DNA from: a virus
DNA: 40,433 nucleotides
Virus record (IMG/VR): IMGVR_UViG_3300030361_000020
Reading direction: 5' to 3' (one strand)
Positions within the stretch are counted from its first letter, which is position 1; each line of letters begins with the position of its first letter. This document shows positions 30,361 through 38,795 of the stretch, piece after piece. The notes below the pieces were generated by a model, which was given only the letters and a program-made list of their open reading frames with translations, was not told the origin of the DNA and made no database searches. Position numbers and translations under genes: made by a program.

Positions 30361-31119
30361 ATGAAAAAATACAATACATATCAAGAAGCGAAGATTGAAA
30401 ATAAAAATGATGAAATAGCAACAAATGGAATCGAATTCGCCACCGCAAGATGCTTAAACCTTAGTCATGCATTCAAGTGGAAGATCTGCAATCCTAAAGA
30501 TCACTGCATGACTGTAGAGAAGTTTCTAGCTGATGGTCATAAGTTTGTTGATTGCGATTGCCATACTGGTACGGATGGTGTAGTTAGAGTTGTCGGATCT
30601 GATTATCCAGTAAGCGATGCAAACCTTAGGATTGGCAGCGATCGAAATAGATACATCCTACGCGCCGCAGCGCTAGAGAAAGACAACGCAGATGACCTAG
30701 ACGGCGAAAGCGTAACGGAGTCAGAGATTATCGATTTATCATTAAGTGAAACATTCGACGTAATGCCTAAAGACAACGAAGCGGCAGAGGCTAAGGCGAT
30801 GGCTGAGCATTCACCAAAACGCACAAAAGAAGAGTGTGTGAAGGTTGAGTTTGAACATGCTTGGCAAGCAGTGAAGGCATTTGAAGAAGGTGAGGAGCTT
30901 TTTGTTGAGAACCCGCTTGTATCATCAAGCAAGTATTTAGTTGCTGAGTTTTCATCGCTGAAGTGCGTCGACAAGCTTTACCGCAAAGTAGTCACAGAAC
31001 TAACAGAGCGCGAAGCGTTTATTGAAGCTGCCTGCAAAGTTGTACCAACAACAGCCGAAGAGGACATTAAGGTAATAGGCAAAATGTTCGACTCTGGCAA
31101 GTTCAAGCTATCCGAATAA
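30361..31119 (+). CDS. Hypothetical acidic protein
   Basis: 252-aa ORF followed by a strong terminator. Confidence 0.7.
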   Translation: MKKYNTYQEAKIENKNDEIATNGIEFATARCLNLSHAFKWKICNPKDHCMTVEKFLADGHKFVDCDCHTGTDGVVRVVGSDYPVSDANLRIGSDRNRYILRAAALEKDNADDLDGESVTESEIIDLSLSETFDVMPKDNEAAEAKAMAEHSPKRTKEECVKVEFEHAWQAVKAFEEGEELFVENPLVSSSKYLVAEFSSLKCVDKLYRKVVTELTEREAFIEAACKVVPTTAEEDIKVIGKMFDSGKFKLSE

Positions 31120-31142
31120 CCACTAATTCCACAAACTCTCAA

Positions 31143-31179
31143 CCCCTGTTAGAATATAGAAAACTAACAGGGGTTTTTT
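31143..31179 (+). terminator. Strong intrinsic terminator abutting the portal start codon
   Basis: CCCCTGTTAG-aatatagaaaa-CTAACAGGGG followed by T6. ATG 31180 follows directly. Confidence 0.85.
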
Positions 31180-32643
31180 ATGCCACTCAATACAACACAA
31201 GAGCCAGCTTTAAGTTACTTGGCCGAAAGAATTAAAGACGTTCGCACTGTCTGTATGGGTAGTGCGTTCGTAAAAGATGAATCTCTCAGGTTTCTGCCTA
31301 ATCCAGTTAACAAGACGGACGATAGGTCTGACGAGTATCGATCATACCTTCAAGGGGCGCTGCTTGATGATTGGGCGCGCCTAACCCAAAAGACAATGCT
31401 CGGCAAGATGAATCTATCCGAGACTGAGATTGATTTGCCATCCATGAGTTACGTGCAAAACAATATCGACGGTGACGGAATGTCATTGGGTGGATGGCTG
31501 CAAAACTCTGCCAAGTCGATTCTTGAGGCTAAATACGAATGCTGGCTTATCGACTATCGTGGGCTTGCGTCGCTTGACGTCGATAATATTTCCAAGGAAG
31601 ACGCTGAGAAGATTAACCCACGACCACTTCTAAAGAGATTCAAACGCGAGCAGATTGTCAAAGAACCATACTACAGAATGGTCAATGGCAAAAAGCAATT
31701 AGCTTTCATCATGTTTAACGAGTCAACCGAGAAGTTTAACCCGAAACAAGCAACGCGAGTTAAGGTTGATTCGTATCTAGTTCTTGCTTTGGATGATGAT
31801 GGTAACTACTACCAGCAAAGAGTAGTAAACGGTGCGCAAAGTGAACCCCAATACATTCTAAAGAATGGGCAACCTCTGAAATCAATCCCTCTAATTTTTG
31901 CGTCTGACGAAGAGATAGGAACCGAATTGCCAACTGAGCTAGGCTTTCTTTCTGGCATTGTTGATATTGTTTTAACCAAGTATCAAAACTCAGCCAACAA
32001 ATCACGCTTCCTTAAAAAGAAAGTCCCAACCGACATTTTGTTTACTGGTGCTGATGACGGCATTAGTGAAGATTGGCAGAATGCGTTTAACCTTCTTAAT
32101 GGTGGTAGTGAAAATCAGGGTGCTGAATTTAAACTTGGCGGTCTGAATGTCATACCTGGCGAGCAAGCTAAATTCGAGTCTGTTTCGTCTGTTGGCACGT
32201 TAGACGACTACTTTAAAGAAGATGAATCACTAGAAAACCGAGCTCGTCAATTAGGCGCTGTAATTGCACCCAACGAGGCTGTAAAAAAGACGGCTACTGA
32301 GTCATTAATTGACGAAGCTACACGTAACGCTGTAATGCTTCCATTAGTTGCTAGCCTTGAAGATTCTATTAAATGGGTTGTCGCTTACTTTGCTCTATTC
32401 ACATCAAGTGCAGTGAGTGAAGATAATATTGCTGAATATCAATCTAACGTTGACTTTACTATCGATCGAAGCTTTGCAGTTAAGAAGGTTACCGTTGAAG
32501 AAGCTAGATTTATGTTTGAATTGTTTGGGTTCCCTGCACTGACTGGTAGCTCAGATAATCCAGAACAAGCGGCGTTAGATGCCTTCACTAAATGGCTGGA
32601 ATCGAACGGATACGGAAACATTCGCTTGCTAATTGACGCATAA
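31180..32643 (+). CDS. Portal protein (DUF4055-type)
   Basis: 487 aa. The N-terminal third (SYLAERIKDVRTVCMGSAFVK...YLQGALLDDWARLTQKTMLGKM...IDGDGMSLGGW) resembles DUF4055 portals. The gene sits just upstream of scaffold and capsid. Confidence 0.7.
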   Translation: MPLNTTQEPALSYLAERIKDVRTVCMGSAFVKDESLRFLPNPVNKTDDRSDEYRSYLQGALLDDWARLTQKTMLGKMNLSETEIDLPSMSYVQNNIDGDGMSLGGWLQNSAKSILEAKYECWLIDYRGLASLDVDNISKEDAEKINPRPLLKRFKREQIVKEPYYRMVNGKKQLAFIMFNESTEKFNPKQATRVKVDSYLVLALDDDGNYYQQRVVNGAQSEPQYILKNGQPLKSIPLIFASDEEIGTELPTELGFLSGIVDIVLTKYQNSANKSRFLKKKVPTDILFTGADDGISEDWQNAFNLLNGGSENQGAEFKLGGLNVIPGEQAKFESVSSVGTLDDYFKEDESLENRARQLGAVIAPNEAVKKTATESLIDEATRNAVMLPLVASLEDSIKWVVAYFALFTSSAVSEDNIAEYQSNVDFTIDRSFAVKKVTVEEARFMFELFGFPALTGSSDNPEQAALDAFTKWLESNGYGNIRLLIDA

Positions 32644-32680
32644 TTTTGTAATCGATTAATAAAACGGTATAATTGCTTAT

Positions 32681-32700
32681 GCGGTTGTGCCGCTTTTATT
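32681..32700 (+). terminator. Weak intrinsic terminator after the portal gene
   Basis: GCGG-ttgtg-CCGC, then TTTTATTTTT. TTGTAA-N16-TATAAT (32646-32673) lies just upstream. Confidence 0.45.
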
Positions 32701-32726
32701 TTTAACTAATTGAGGGTTGTGCCCAA

Positions 32727-33416
32727 ATGCTTGTATTAACAAAAGAGCAATACGAAGGTTTGCCAGATTACGCTAAAGAAGGTTTTGCATTGGTCGGTGA
32801 TCAATACTTACCTGTCAAAGATGCAGCTTTAAAAAAACTAGCTGACGATCTAGACAAAGAGCGTGACACACTGAAGGAGCAATTAAGCTCATTTCAGGCT
32901 GACGAACAAAAGAAAATCGAAGAGGCGGCAGAGAAGGCGCGCAAAGAAGCGATTGAGGAAGCAGCCAAAGGTGGTGGCGAGGAACTAGAAAAACTCCTAG
33001 CTCAGCAACTTGAGGAAGCTAAATCAAAACTAAATGAAGAATGGGAAGGAAAACTAACCTCTCAATCTGAAAAGCTAAACGCTTTGCGACTTGATGCTAA
33101 AAAAGGTCTTATTGATTCGATCATTGCTCAGTCAGGCGTAACAGAAAAAGGCAAAGGCGCAATGCGCGTATTGCTTGAGAATTACGTAGACGTAGATGAA
33201 GAAGCTAACCAGATTTTTAAACTTTCTGATGGTAAGGTTTCAGAATACAAGCGCGACGAATTTGTTGAAAATGTAATCAAAAAAGATGAGCTATTTGCGG
33301 CTTTGATTAAGCCTGATGTCGTGGTTTCTCAAACATCTAGTGGAAGTGAAACACCAACGCAATCAAAGCAAAGTGTAGCTACATCAACCTATTTAAATAT
33401 GGCTACTCAAAACTAA
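32727..33416 (+). CDS. Scaffolding protein
   Basis: Acidic, Ala/Glu/Lys-rich coiled coil of 229 aa, located between portal and capsid. Confidence 0.7.
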   Translation: MLVLTKEQYEGLPDYAKEGFALVGDQYLPVKDAALKKLADDLDKERDTLKEQLSSFQADEQKKIEEAAEKARKEAIEEAAKGGGEELEKLLAQQLEEAKSKLNEEWEGKLTSQSEKLNALRLDAKKGLIDSIIAQSGVTEKGKGAMRVLLENYVDVDEEANQIFKLSDGKVSEYKRDEFVENVIKKDELFAALIKPDVVVSQTSSGSETPTQSKQSVATSTYLNMATQN

Positions 33417-33429
33417 GGAAACTTAAAAG

Positions 33430-34446
33430 ATGGCACAAATCCAACTTGCGGATATTTTTCAAAAGCCGGAATTTACTCGCGGCGTCCAAGAGCGCCAAAT
33501 CAATAAAAACGCCTTTATTCAATCTGGTGTAATGGCTCCAAATGCAGACTTGATGGCGGCATGTAATGGTACGTCTGCTGCTGGTGAAGTAACAGACATT
33601 GCGCCGCTAACAATGAATGAGCCTACTTACGGCACAGACAACCCTGCTGATATTATCACGGCTGATAAGCTTGGCACTCGTCAGCACAAATGGCGTCGAG
33701 CAACTCGAACTAAAGCATGGTCTGCAATGAACCTAGCTCAAGGCATGGCGTTTGTCGATCCGATGACTGGTGTAATGAACCAAGTAGGTGACTACTGGAC
33801 AACTGACAACCAGCGTCGCCTAATCAACTCGTGCGTAGGCCTATACAACCTTAACGCTGCAGGTACTGGCGACTTGATCGAAGACGTTGCCACTGATGAT
33901 GCTGGCGCAGTAACTGTTGATGAACGCGCAAGTGCTAACAACTTCCTTAAAGCACTTGAGCTTAAAGGTGATATGGACGGCATTGCTGCTGTTGGTATCC
34001 ACTCTACAGTTTACTACGGCTTGCGTCGCCTTCGTCACCTAGTTGAGCAATACGATGAAGTGACAGATTCAACTTTCTTCACTTTCGAAGGTAAGCGCGT
34101 AATTGTTGATGACGGCCTTCCAGCGGTTTCTGGTACTAATCGTGTTAAATTCACTTCAATCCTGTTTGGTGCTGGCGCAGTTGCATCTGGTGAAGGAAAT
34201 CCGCCTAACATCATTCCTGCTGAGTACGACCGCGAAGCTAAAGCAGGTAACGGTACAGGTCAGGATACGTACATCACTCGCCGTACTGATATTATCATGC
34301 CTCTTGGTTTCTCGTTCAAAGGTGAGCCTGGTACTGGCATCGCCGGTCAGTTTGCTACCTACGCAGAGCTTCAAGATGCTGCGAACTGGGAGCAAATCTG
34401 GGATTCTAAGAACGTGCCACTTAGCTTTTTGGTGACCAACGGATAA
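33430..34446 (+). CDS. Major capsid protein
   Basis: 338 aa, directly after the scaffold gene, with AAGGAAAC upstream. Assigned from synteny and size. Confidence 0.7.
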   Translation: MAQIQLADIFQKPEFTRGVQERQINKNAFIQSGVMAPNADLMAACNGTSAAGEVTDIAPLTMNEPTYGTDNPADIITADKLGTRQHKWRRATRTKAWSAMNLAQGMAFVDPMTGVMNQVGDYWTTDNQRRLINSCVGLYNLNAAGTGDLIEDVATDDAGAVTVDERASANNFLKALELKGDMDGIAAVGIHSTVYYGLRRLRHLVEQYDEVTDSTFFTFEGKRVIVDDGLPAVSGTNRVKFTSILFGAGAVASGEGNPPNIIPAEYDREAKAGNGTGQDTYITRRTDIIMPLGFSFKGEPGTGIAGQFATYAELQDAANWEQIWDSKNVPLSFLVTNG

Positions 34447-34457
34447 GGCGGTGATTA

Positions 34458-34709
34458 ATGGCAGCTAAAAAAACAGGCAAAGAGCTTCGCGAAGAAGCTC
34501 TAGCCAAAATCAATAAACTGGAAGGCGAGCTAAAGGAAGCTAAGCAAGAGTACTCAGAGATTCTTTCAGAGCATCCATACGAAACCACCAAGCAGCTAAC
34601 GCCGCACGAAATTCGCTTAAAGATGCGAAAAACTGGCGTAGATGATGCCGATAAAAAGGCTCAAGAAAAGCTCACTGAAGTGAAAGAGAAAACCGCCCAA
34701 AAGGGCTAA
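34458..34709 (+). CDS. Hypothetical charged helical protein
   Basis: 83-aa ORF following the capsid gene. A terminator follows it. Confidence 0.6.
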   Translation: MAAKKTGKELREEALAKINKLEGELKEAKQEYSEILSEHPYETTKQLTPHEIRLKMRKTGVDDADKKAQEKLTEVKEKTAQKG

Positions 34710-34714
34710 TCAAT

Positions 34715-34740
34715 AAGCCCCTTGATTGGGGCTTTATTTT
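34715..34740 (+). terminator. Intrinsic terminator after the capsid block
   Basis: AAGCCCC-ttgatt-GGGGCTT, then TATTTTT. Confidence 0.75.
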
Positions 34741-34752
34741 TAGGTGGCATTA

Positions 34753-34986
34753 ATGAGTGTTTACAATTCGCAAATTGAGCGATCTTTTGGTTACAGGACA
34801 AGAGAGATAACTATTTCGCCTGATACTGGCGTTTCTGTAGCTGTTGAAATAGCTGTCGGTTCATCTTGGGTTGCCGTTGATGGCTCCCCATTTACCACGC
34901 CAAAAACAATCATTGGCACTGGTTTAACAATGAGATTTACGCCAACTGGTGGCAATTTCTTTTTGACTGATGGTGAATCGTTATGA
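34753..34986 (+). CDS. Hypothetical structural-module protein
   Basis: ATG 34753 follows AGGTGG (track start 34744 is GTG). Confidence 0.55.
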   Translation: MSVYNSQIERSFGYRTREITISPDTGVSVAVEIAVGSSWVAVDGSPFTTPKTIIGTGLTMRFTPTGGNFFLTDGESL

Positions 34987-35576
34987 CAGATTCAGTAAGA
35001 ATGCAGCTCCTTGAAGAAAGAATGACTTACGGAGCTGGCGCTTACACTGCCCAGCCATATGGCGAAGTAAACAAAAAGCGCGGACTTCAGTGGGAAGCGT
35101 CAAGGACGGTGCTCGCCTCAAGCGTCGGTGACAAGTTTTATTCAATAATCAAAGTTGGAAGCAAGGACGTCGATTTAAAAGCAAGGGTTCTTGGTGCAAC
35201 TGGTGGCGGTGTGATTGGCCGAGCTTATCGAATTACTGAGTCAGATGTTACACTTGGAACACCTGACAAGTGGTACAATTACAATTCAAAAATTACATCA
35301 CAGCCAGAATCTGAGCTTTATGCTGGTAATGAAATAACTTTCGTTACACCGGTTGCCAGTTTAGCCATTGAGGCAAATAAACTTCACGCTGATGTGTTCG
35401 CAATCACTAACATTCAGAATCAAGGTAAGGGGTTTACGCCCACGCCGCTTGGTGGCAATCATATTTTAGCTCCTGGCGATTACATTCTTCTTGAGTTAGA
35501 GTCATTTGACGCAAGTCAGACTATAGCCGCCAAGCTAGATATTTATGAAGGCGGTCTTGATTTTTACCCTGAATAA
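34983..35576 (+). CDS. Hypothetical structural-module protein
   Basis: ATGA overlap with the previous gene. 197 aa. Confidence 0.65.
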   Translation: MTDSVRMQLLEERMTYGAGAYTAQPYGEVNKKRGLQWEASRTVLASSVGDKFYSIIKVGSKDVDLKARVLGATGGGVIGRAYRITESDVTLGTPDKWYNYNSKITSQPESELYAGNEITFVTPVASLAIEANKLHADVFAITNIQNQGKGFTPTPLGGNHILAPGDYILLELESFDASQTIAAKLDIYEGGLDFYPE

Positions 35577-35587
35577 AAGGCGCAATA

Positions 35588-36079
35588 ATGGCATTTATAG
35601 TTGAAGATAACACGGGTCTATCTAACTCAAACGCATACATTGACGTGCAATTCTTGCGTGACTACTGCTTGATTGTTGGTTATGACGTTACAGCCAAAAC
35701 AGACGCAGAACTAGAGCCTGTTATTAGTCGCGTGACGCTTGCTTATATCGACGTTGAGTATAACTTCTCTGGCGCAGTGTTAAATGCTGACCAAGCGCTA
35801 AAACTACCAACTGACGAAGTGTTGATTAACGACAAAATTCGACGCGCAGTAGCTGAGGCTTGTATCGTTGCGCTGAAAGGCTCGCTATTCCCTGAGCCGT
35901 CTAACGACGCGAAGATTAAAAAGACTCGCACTAAGCTTGATGTTATCGAAGAAGAGATTGAATACACATCTGGCATTGATAACAACGAAGGAAGTCCGAC
36001 ACCTGTAACTGATTCGCTATTGCTGCCATACCTAGCCACTGTCTCTTCCGGCGTTATTGGAACAGTGCAGGTATGGTAG
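35588..36079 (+). CDS. Head-tail adaptor (gp6 / DnaT-like connector family)
   Basis: The N-terminal AFIVEDNTGLSNSNAYIDVQFLRDY follows the common adaptor pattern (v-e-d-G-t-G-l-x-n-A-n-s-Y). Position fits. Confidence 0.55.
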   Translation: MAFIVEDNTGLSNSNAYIDVQFLRDYCLIVGYDVTAKTDAELEPVISRVTLAYIDVEYNFSGAVLNADQALKLPTDEVLINDKIRRAVAEACIVALKGSLFPEPSNDAKIKKTRTKLDVIEEEIEYTSGIDNNEGSPTPVTDSLLLPYLATVSSGVIGTVQVW

Positions 36080-36456
36080 ATTACACGCGATTACAAGGTA
36101 TTGCTGATAGGCTTATAGCTAACGCTGATGATTCAGGTGTAAATCGATCTGTTTATACTCCTGCTATTGATGGTGGTGGTTATGATAACAACGGCAATCC
36201 ATTGCCAGCACAACCAAGAGTTGATATTTTTGGCTCAGCGTCACCTCTATTCAGCTACAAGCAAGATGAAATCGACGGCGATGTGGTTCGTTCTACGGAT
36301 GCCTATATTTTATTTTCGCCTGATGATAAAGATGAAGTAATTAAGATAGGCATGCTTTACGACGTAAACGGTAAAACCTATCGAGTTCAGGACTTGCAAG
36401 GTATTACATCAAATGGCGGCGTTAAGGTTTATCAGAAGCTGCAATTGAGGGCTTGA
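36073..36456 (+). CDS. Head-closure / connector protein (by position)
   Basis: 127-aa ORF overlapping the adaptor gene by 7 nt. Confidence 0.5.
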   Translation: MVDYTRLQGIADRLIANADDSGVNRSVYTPAIDGGGYDNNGNPLPAQPRVDIFGSASPLFSYKQDEIDGDVVRSTDAYILFSPDDKDEVIKIGMLYDVNGKTYRVQDLQGITSNGGVKVYQKLQLRA

Positions 36457-36457
36457 T

Positions 36458-36850
36458 ATGGCGAGTCAGTTTGATGCACTTTCAAAAAAGTACATGGACA
36501 GAATGAAGTTTGTTGCAAAGACTTCTAGCATTCAACTTGGCAATGAGATTGTATCTTTAACCCCTGTAGATAGCGGAATCGCTAGGGCATCATGGTCTGG
36601 AGCAATAGGCGCTCCATTGTCAATATCATCTCCATCCACGTCAAGAAATCCATCAATTGAGTTTGAGATTTCGCTTAAACAGCTTGGTATTGGTGATGTT
36701 GTTTATTTTACCAACCCTCAGCCTTACATAGTTAGGTTAGAATATGGTTGGTCAGCAAAAGCGCCAAGAGGAATGGTTAGGCGGTCTGTTGCTAGATGGG
36801 AGCAGATAGTAGACCAAAAAACTAGAGATTCTTTTAGGGTTATAAAATGA
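36458..36850 (+). CDS. HK97 gp10-like tail-completion/neck protein
   Basis: VAKTSSIQLGNEIVSLTPVDSGIARASW resembles the gp10 family motif (P-v-D-T-G-x-L-r-x-S). Confidence 0.55.
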   Translation: MASQFDALSKKYMDRMKFVAKTSSIQLGNEIVSLTPVDSGIARASWSGAIGAPLSISSPSTSRNPSIEFEISLKQLGIGDVVYFTNPQPYIVRLEYGWSAKAPRGMVRRSVARWEQIVDQKTRDSFRVIK

Positions 36851-37275
36851 TTCATTTTGAAATTCAAAAGGCATTAACATCAATAGGAAGATCCCTAGCA
36901 AATGAGCTTGGTTATGATCTTGTTGTTAATGGCTATGGTGATAGCGGCGAATACTCTATAGACCCTTCAAAATCTTTTGTTAGGGTTGATGTTTTATGGA
37001 ATGAGAAATCAAGAACCAATTTAGACGACAATTGCGGAGGTCTTGCAAACCACCCTCTTCAAGTAATGATAATGACCTCAAAATCTCATGGTGAAGAAGA
37101 TGGAGAGAATATTTCTTATAGAGCAGCAGTAGGGATCTCTGTCGCTAAAGACAAATTCCCAGAAGGGTTAATGATAGGACCATCTAGAGTGTTTAAAACA
37201 TTTCCATCACCATTGCTATTTGAAGATGGTCATATAGGGTACGCATTGACGGTTCAAGTAGAAAGCATAGAGTAA
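36847..37275 (+). CDS. Tail terminator-type protein (by position)
   Basis: ATGA overlap with the previous gene. 142 aa, last gene before the tail tube. Confidence 0.45.
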   Translation: MIHFEIQKALTSIGRSLANELGYDLVVNGYGDSGEYSIDPSKSFVRVDVLWNEKSRTNLDDNCGGLANHPLQVMIMTSKSHGEEDGENISYRAAVGISVAKDKFPEGLMIGPSRVFKTFPSPLLFEDGHIGYALTVQVESIE

Positions 37276-37334
37276 TTTCGCTATAAGAAAATATAGCTGT
37301 ATAATAGCAGTGCCAACCTATAGGAGATTTATTT

Positions 37335-37796
37335 ATGGCAAAAGAAACAAGTACCGGAGTTAAGGTTTCGTGTGTGCAGGGCGAGCCAGCAACTTTCGAT
37401 CAGCTTGGTTTTGAGGCTCTTACCTTTACTCAAATCAAGCAAGTAACAAACATCCCAACCTTTGGCCCAGAGATTCAGGTTGTAACATCCGAGCCGCTAG
37501 AGACCGGTATTACAGAAAAGTTTATCGGCTTTGTTAACTACGGCTCAACGTCAATCGAGGCTGATCTTGATGATGAAGATGCTGGTCAGGCGCTAGCTCT
37601 AAATGCTTGCACTCCAGGTGACGCATCTTTCGGGGCTTCATTCAGCTTTAAGATTGAGTACGCATCTGGCGCCGTTCGATACTTTGTTGGTAAGTTCTTC
37701 TCAGCAAACGAAACTCCGGGCTCTGCAAACTCAATGATTGGTACTGCTATGAACTTAGAGATTAACTCTAAAATTCTAAAAGTAGCCGCAGCTTAA
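37335..37796 (+). CDS. Major tail (tube) protein
   Basis: 153 aa with TAGGAGA upstream. A perfect TATAAT lies at 37300-37305. The gene directly precedes the chaperone and tape-measure genes. Confidence 0.7.
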   Translation: MAKETSTGVKVSCVQGEPATFDQLGFEALTFTQIKQVTNIPTFGPEIQVVTSEPLETGITEKFIGFVNYGSTSIEADLDDEDAGQALALNACTPGDASFGASFSFKIEYASGAVRYFVGKFFSANETPGSANSMIGTAMNLEINSKILKVAAA

Positions 37797-37802
37797 CAAA
37801 TT

Positions 37803-37860
37803 GGCCGTTTCGCTCGTACAGCGATTAACTAGACTCATCCACTAGACGGCCTTTATTTTA
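37803..37860 (+). terminator. Possible compound hairpin terminator after the tube gene
   Basis: Outer arms GGCCGT...ACGGCC with an inner CGCT-cgtac-AGCG, then TTTATTTTA. Confidence 0.4.
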
Positions 37861-37889
37861 TGGATGATTTCAATTGATGAGGAAATTAA

Positions 37890-38315
37890 ATGAACTTAAT
37901 TCAAGTAGACAAGCAATACACTCCAGATGAGCCGCAGTTTATCCACCTTGAAGATTTTGAAGGTGAAAAGGAGTACGACCAATCAGGTGAGCCAGTTGGG
38001 TTTTACGCTATGGGCGCTGAATCTGATGCCGCTAAGAAGTTTGCAGAAAAGCAAATGAATAAAGCTCGCATCGAGTACAAGAAAAACAAAAAAGAAAAGT
38101 CACTATCAATTGATGACGTGATCGACGAGCAGGCAAAAAGATTTGAGGCTTTGCTTACTGGGTGGTCTGGTTTTTGGGCTGATGAAGAAAAGGGCGAGAA
38201 GCTCGATTTTAACCATGAAAACATCATGCTCGTACTAAAGCACCCGAAGCTAAACCGATATAGAGTGCAACTCGAAAATTTTACCTCAAATCCTCTCAAT
38301 TATACGAAGAAATAA
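37890..38315 (+). CDS. Tail assembly chaperone (gpG-like)
   Basis: 141-aa acidic protein between the tube and tape-measure genes. It contains the slippery site near its 3' end. Confidence 0.7.
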   Translation: MNLIQVDKQYTPDEPQFIHLEDFEGEKEYDQSGEPVGFYAMGAESDAAKKFAEKQMNKARIEYKKNKKEKSLSIDDVIDEQAKRFEALLTGWSGFWADEEKGEKLDFNHENIMLVLKHPKLNRYRVQLENFTSNPLNYTKK

Positions 38316-38737
38316 GAAAAGATTGCATTCTTTACGCATCCCATCTTGGATGGCTTCACGCAAAGCCTAAAGGATGGGATTTGCCAAGAATTGAGAGAAT
38401 GAGAGGCGACCCGTCAACTGTTCTTCCAGAATGTGACAGACTTATTGCCATTCACTTCAACTCTTTGGGTAGGTGTCAAAGGTCAGACTATGGGCTAAAA
38501 GAGATTAGCTGGGTTGAAATTAACTCTTACATTAATGCAAACAAGGTCGAATTATCTAGGTTTGACTTGCTCTTAATAAGAGAGATGTCATTGGCTTACA
38601 TTTCAAACAGGTCTGATGACAACCCAAACAAATCACCGCCATACATTAGAGATCTTACCGTTGAAGAGGCCATTGCTAGGGAAATGGTAATTGAAAGAAT
38701 GATTGAAGAGGATGAGCGAAAAATGAAAAGCCCTTGA
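37890..38737 (+). CDS. Tail assembly chaperone frameshift fusion (gpGT-like), -1 shift at 38276-38282
   Basis: The -1 frame is open from 38264 to TGA 38735-38737 and overlaps the end of the G ORF. Track ORF 38381..38737 is its TTG-initiated remnant. The predicted fusion is 131 + 151 = 282 aa. Confidence 0.6.
38276..38282 (+). promoter_or_regulatory. Programmed -1 ribosomal frameshift slippery heptamer A_AAT_TTT
   Basis: In the zero frame the sequence reads GA[A AAT TTT] ACC, which fits X_XXY_YYZ. After the slip both tRNAs re-pair on AAA and TTT. Confidence 0.55.
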
Positions 38738-38751
38738 TAGTGGGCTTTTTT
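38726..38751 (+). terminator. Intrinsic terminator between the chaperone and tape-measure genes
   Basis: AAAGCCC-ttgatagt-GGGCTTT with T7. The hairpin overlaps the GT stop codon. Confidence 0.65.
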
Positions 38752-38795
38752 TGTATTTTTAATTTAAAATAAAGCCATGTTTAAAGGGGTAGATT

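Noticed and set aside
33792-34435. ORFs overlapping the capsid gene (34103..34435 +, 33792..33983 -, 33841..34038 -, 34156..34395 -)
   Set aside because: All are embedded in the major capsid ORF. No start signals were seen, so they are treated as frame shadows.
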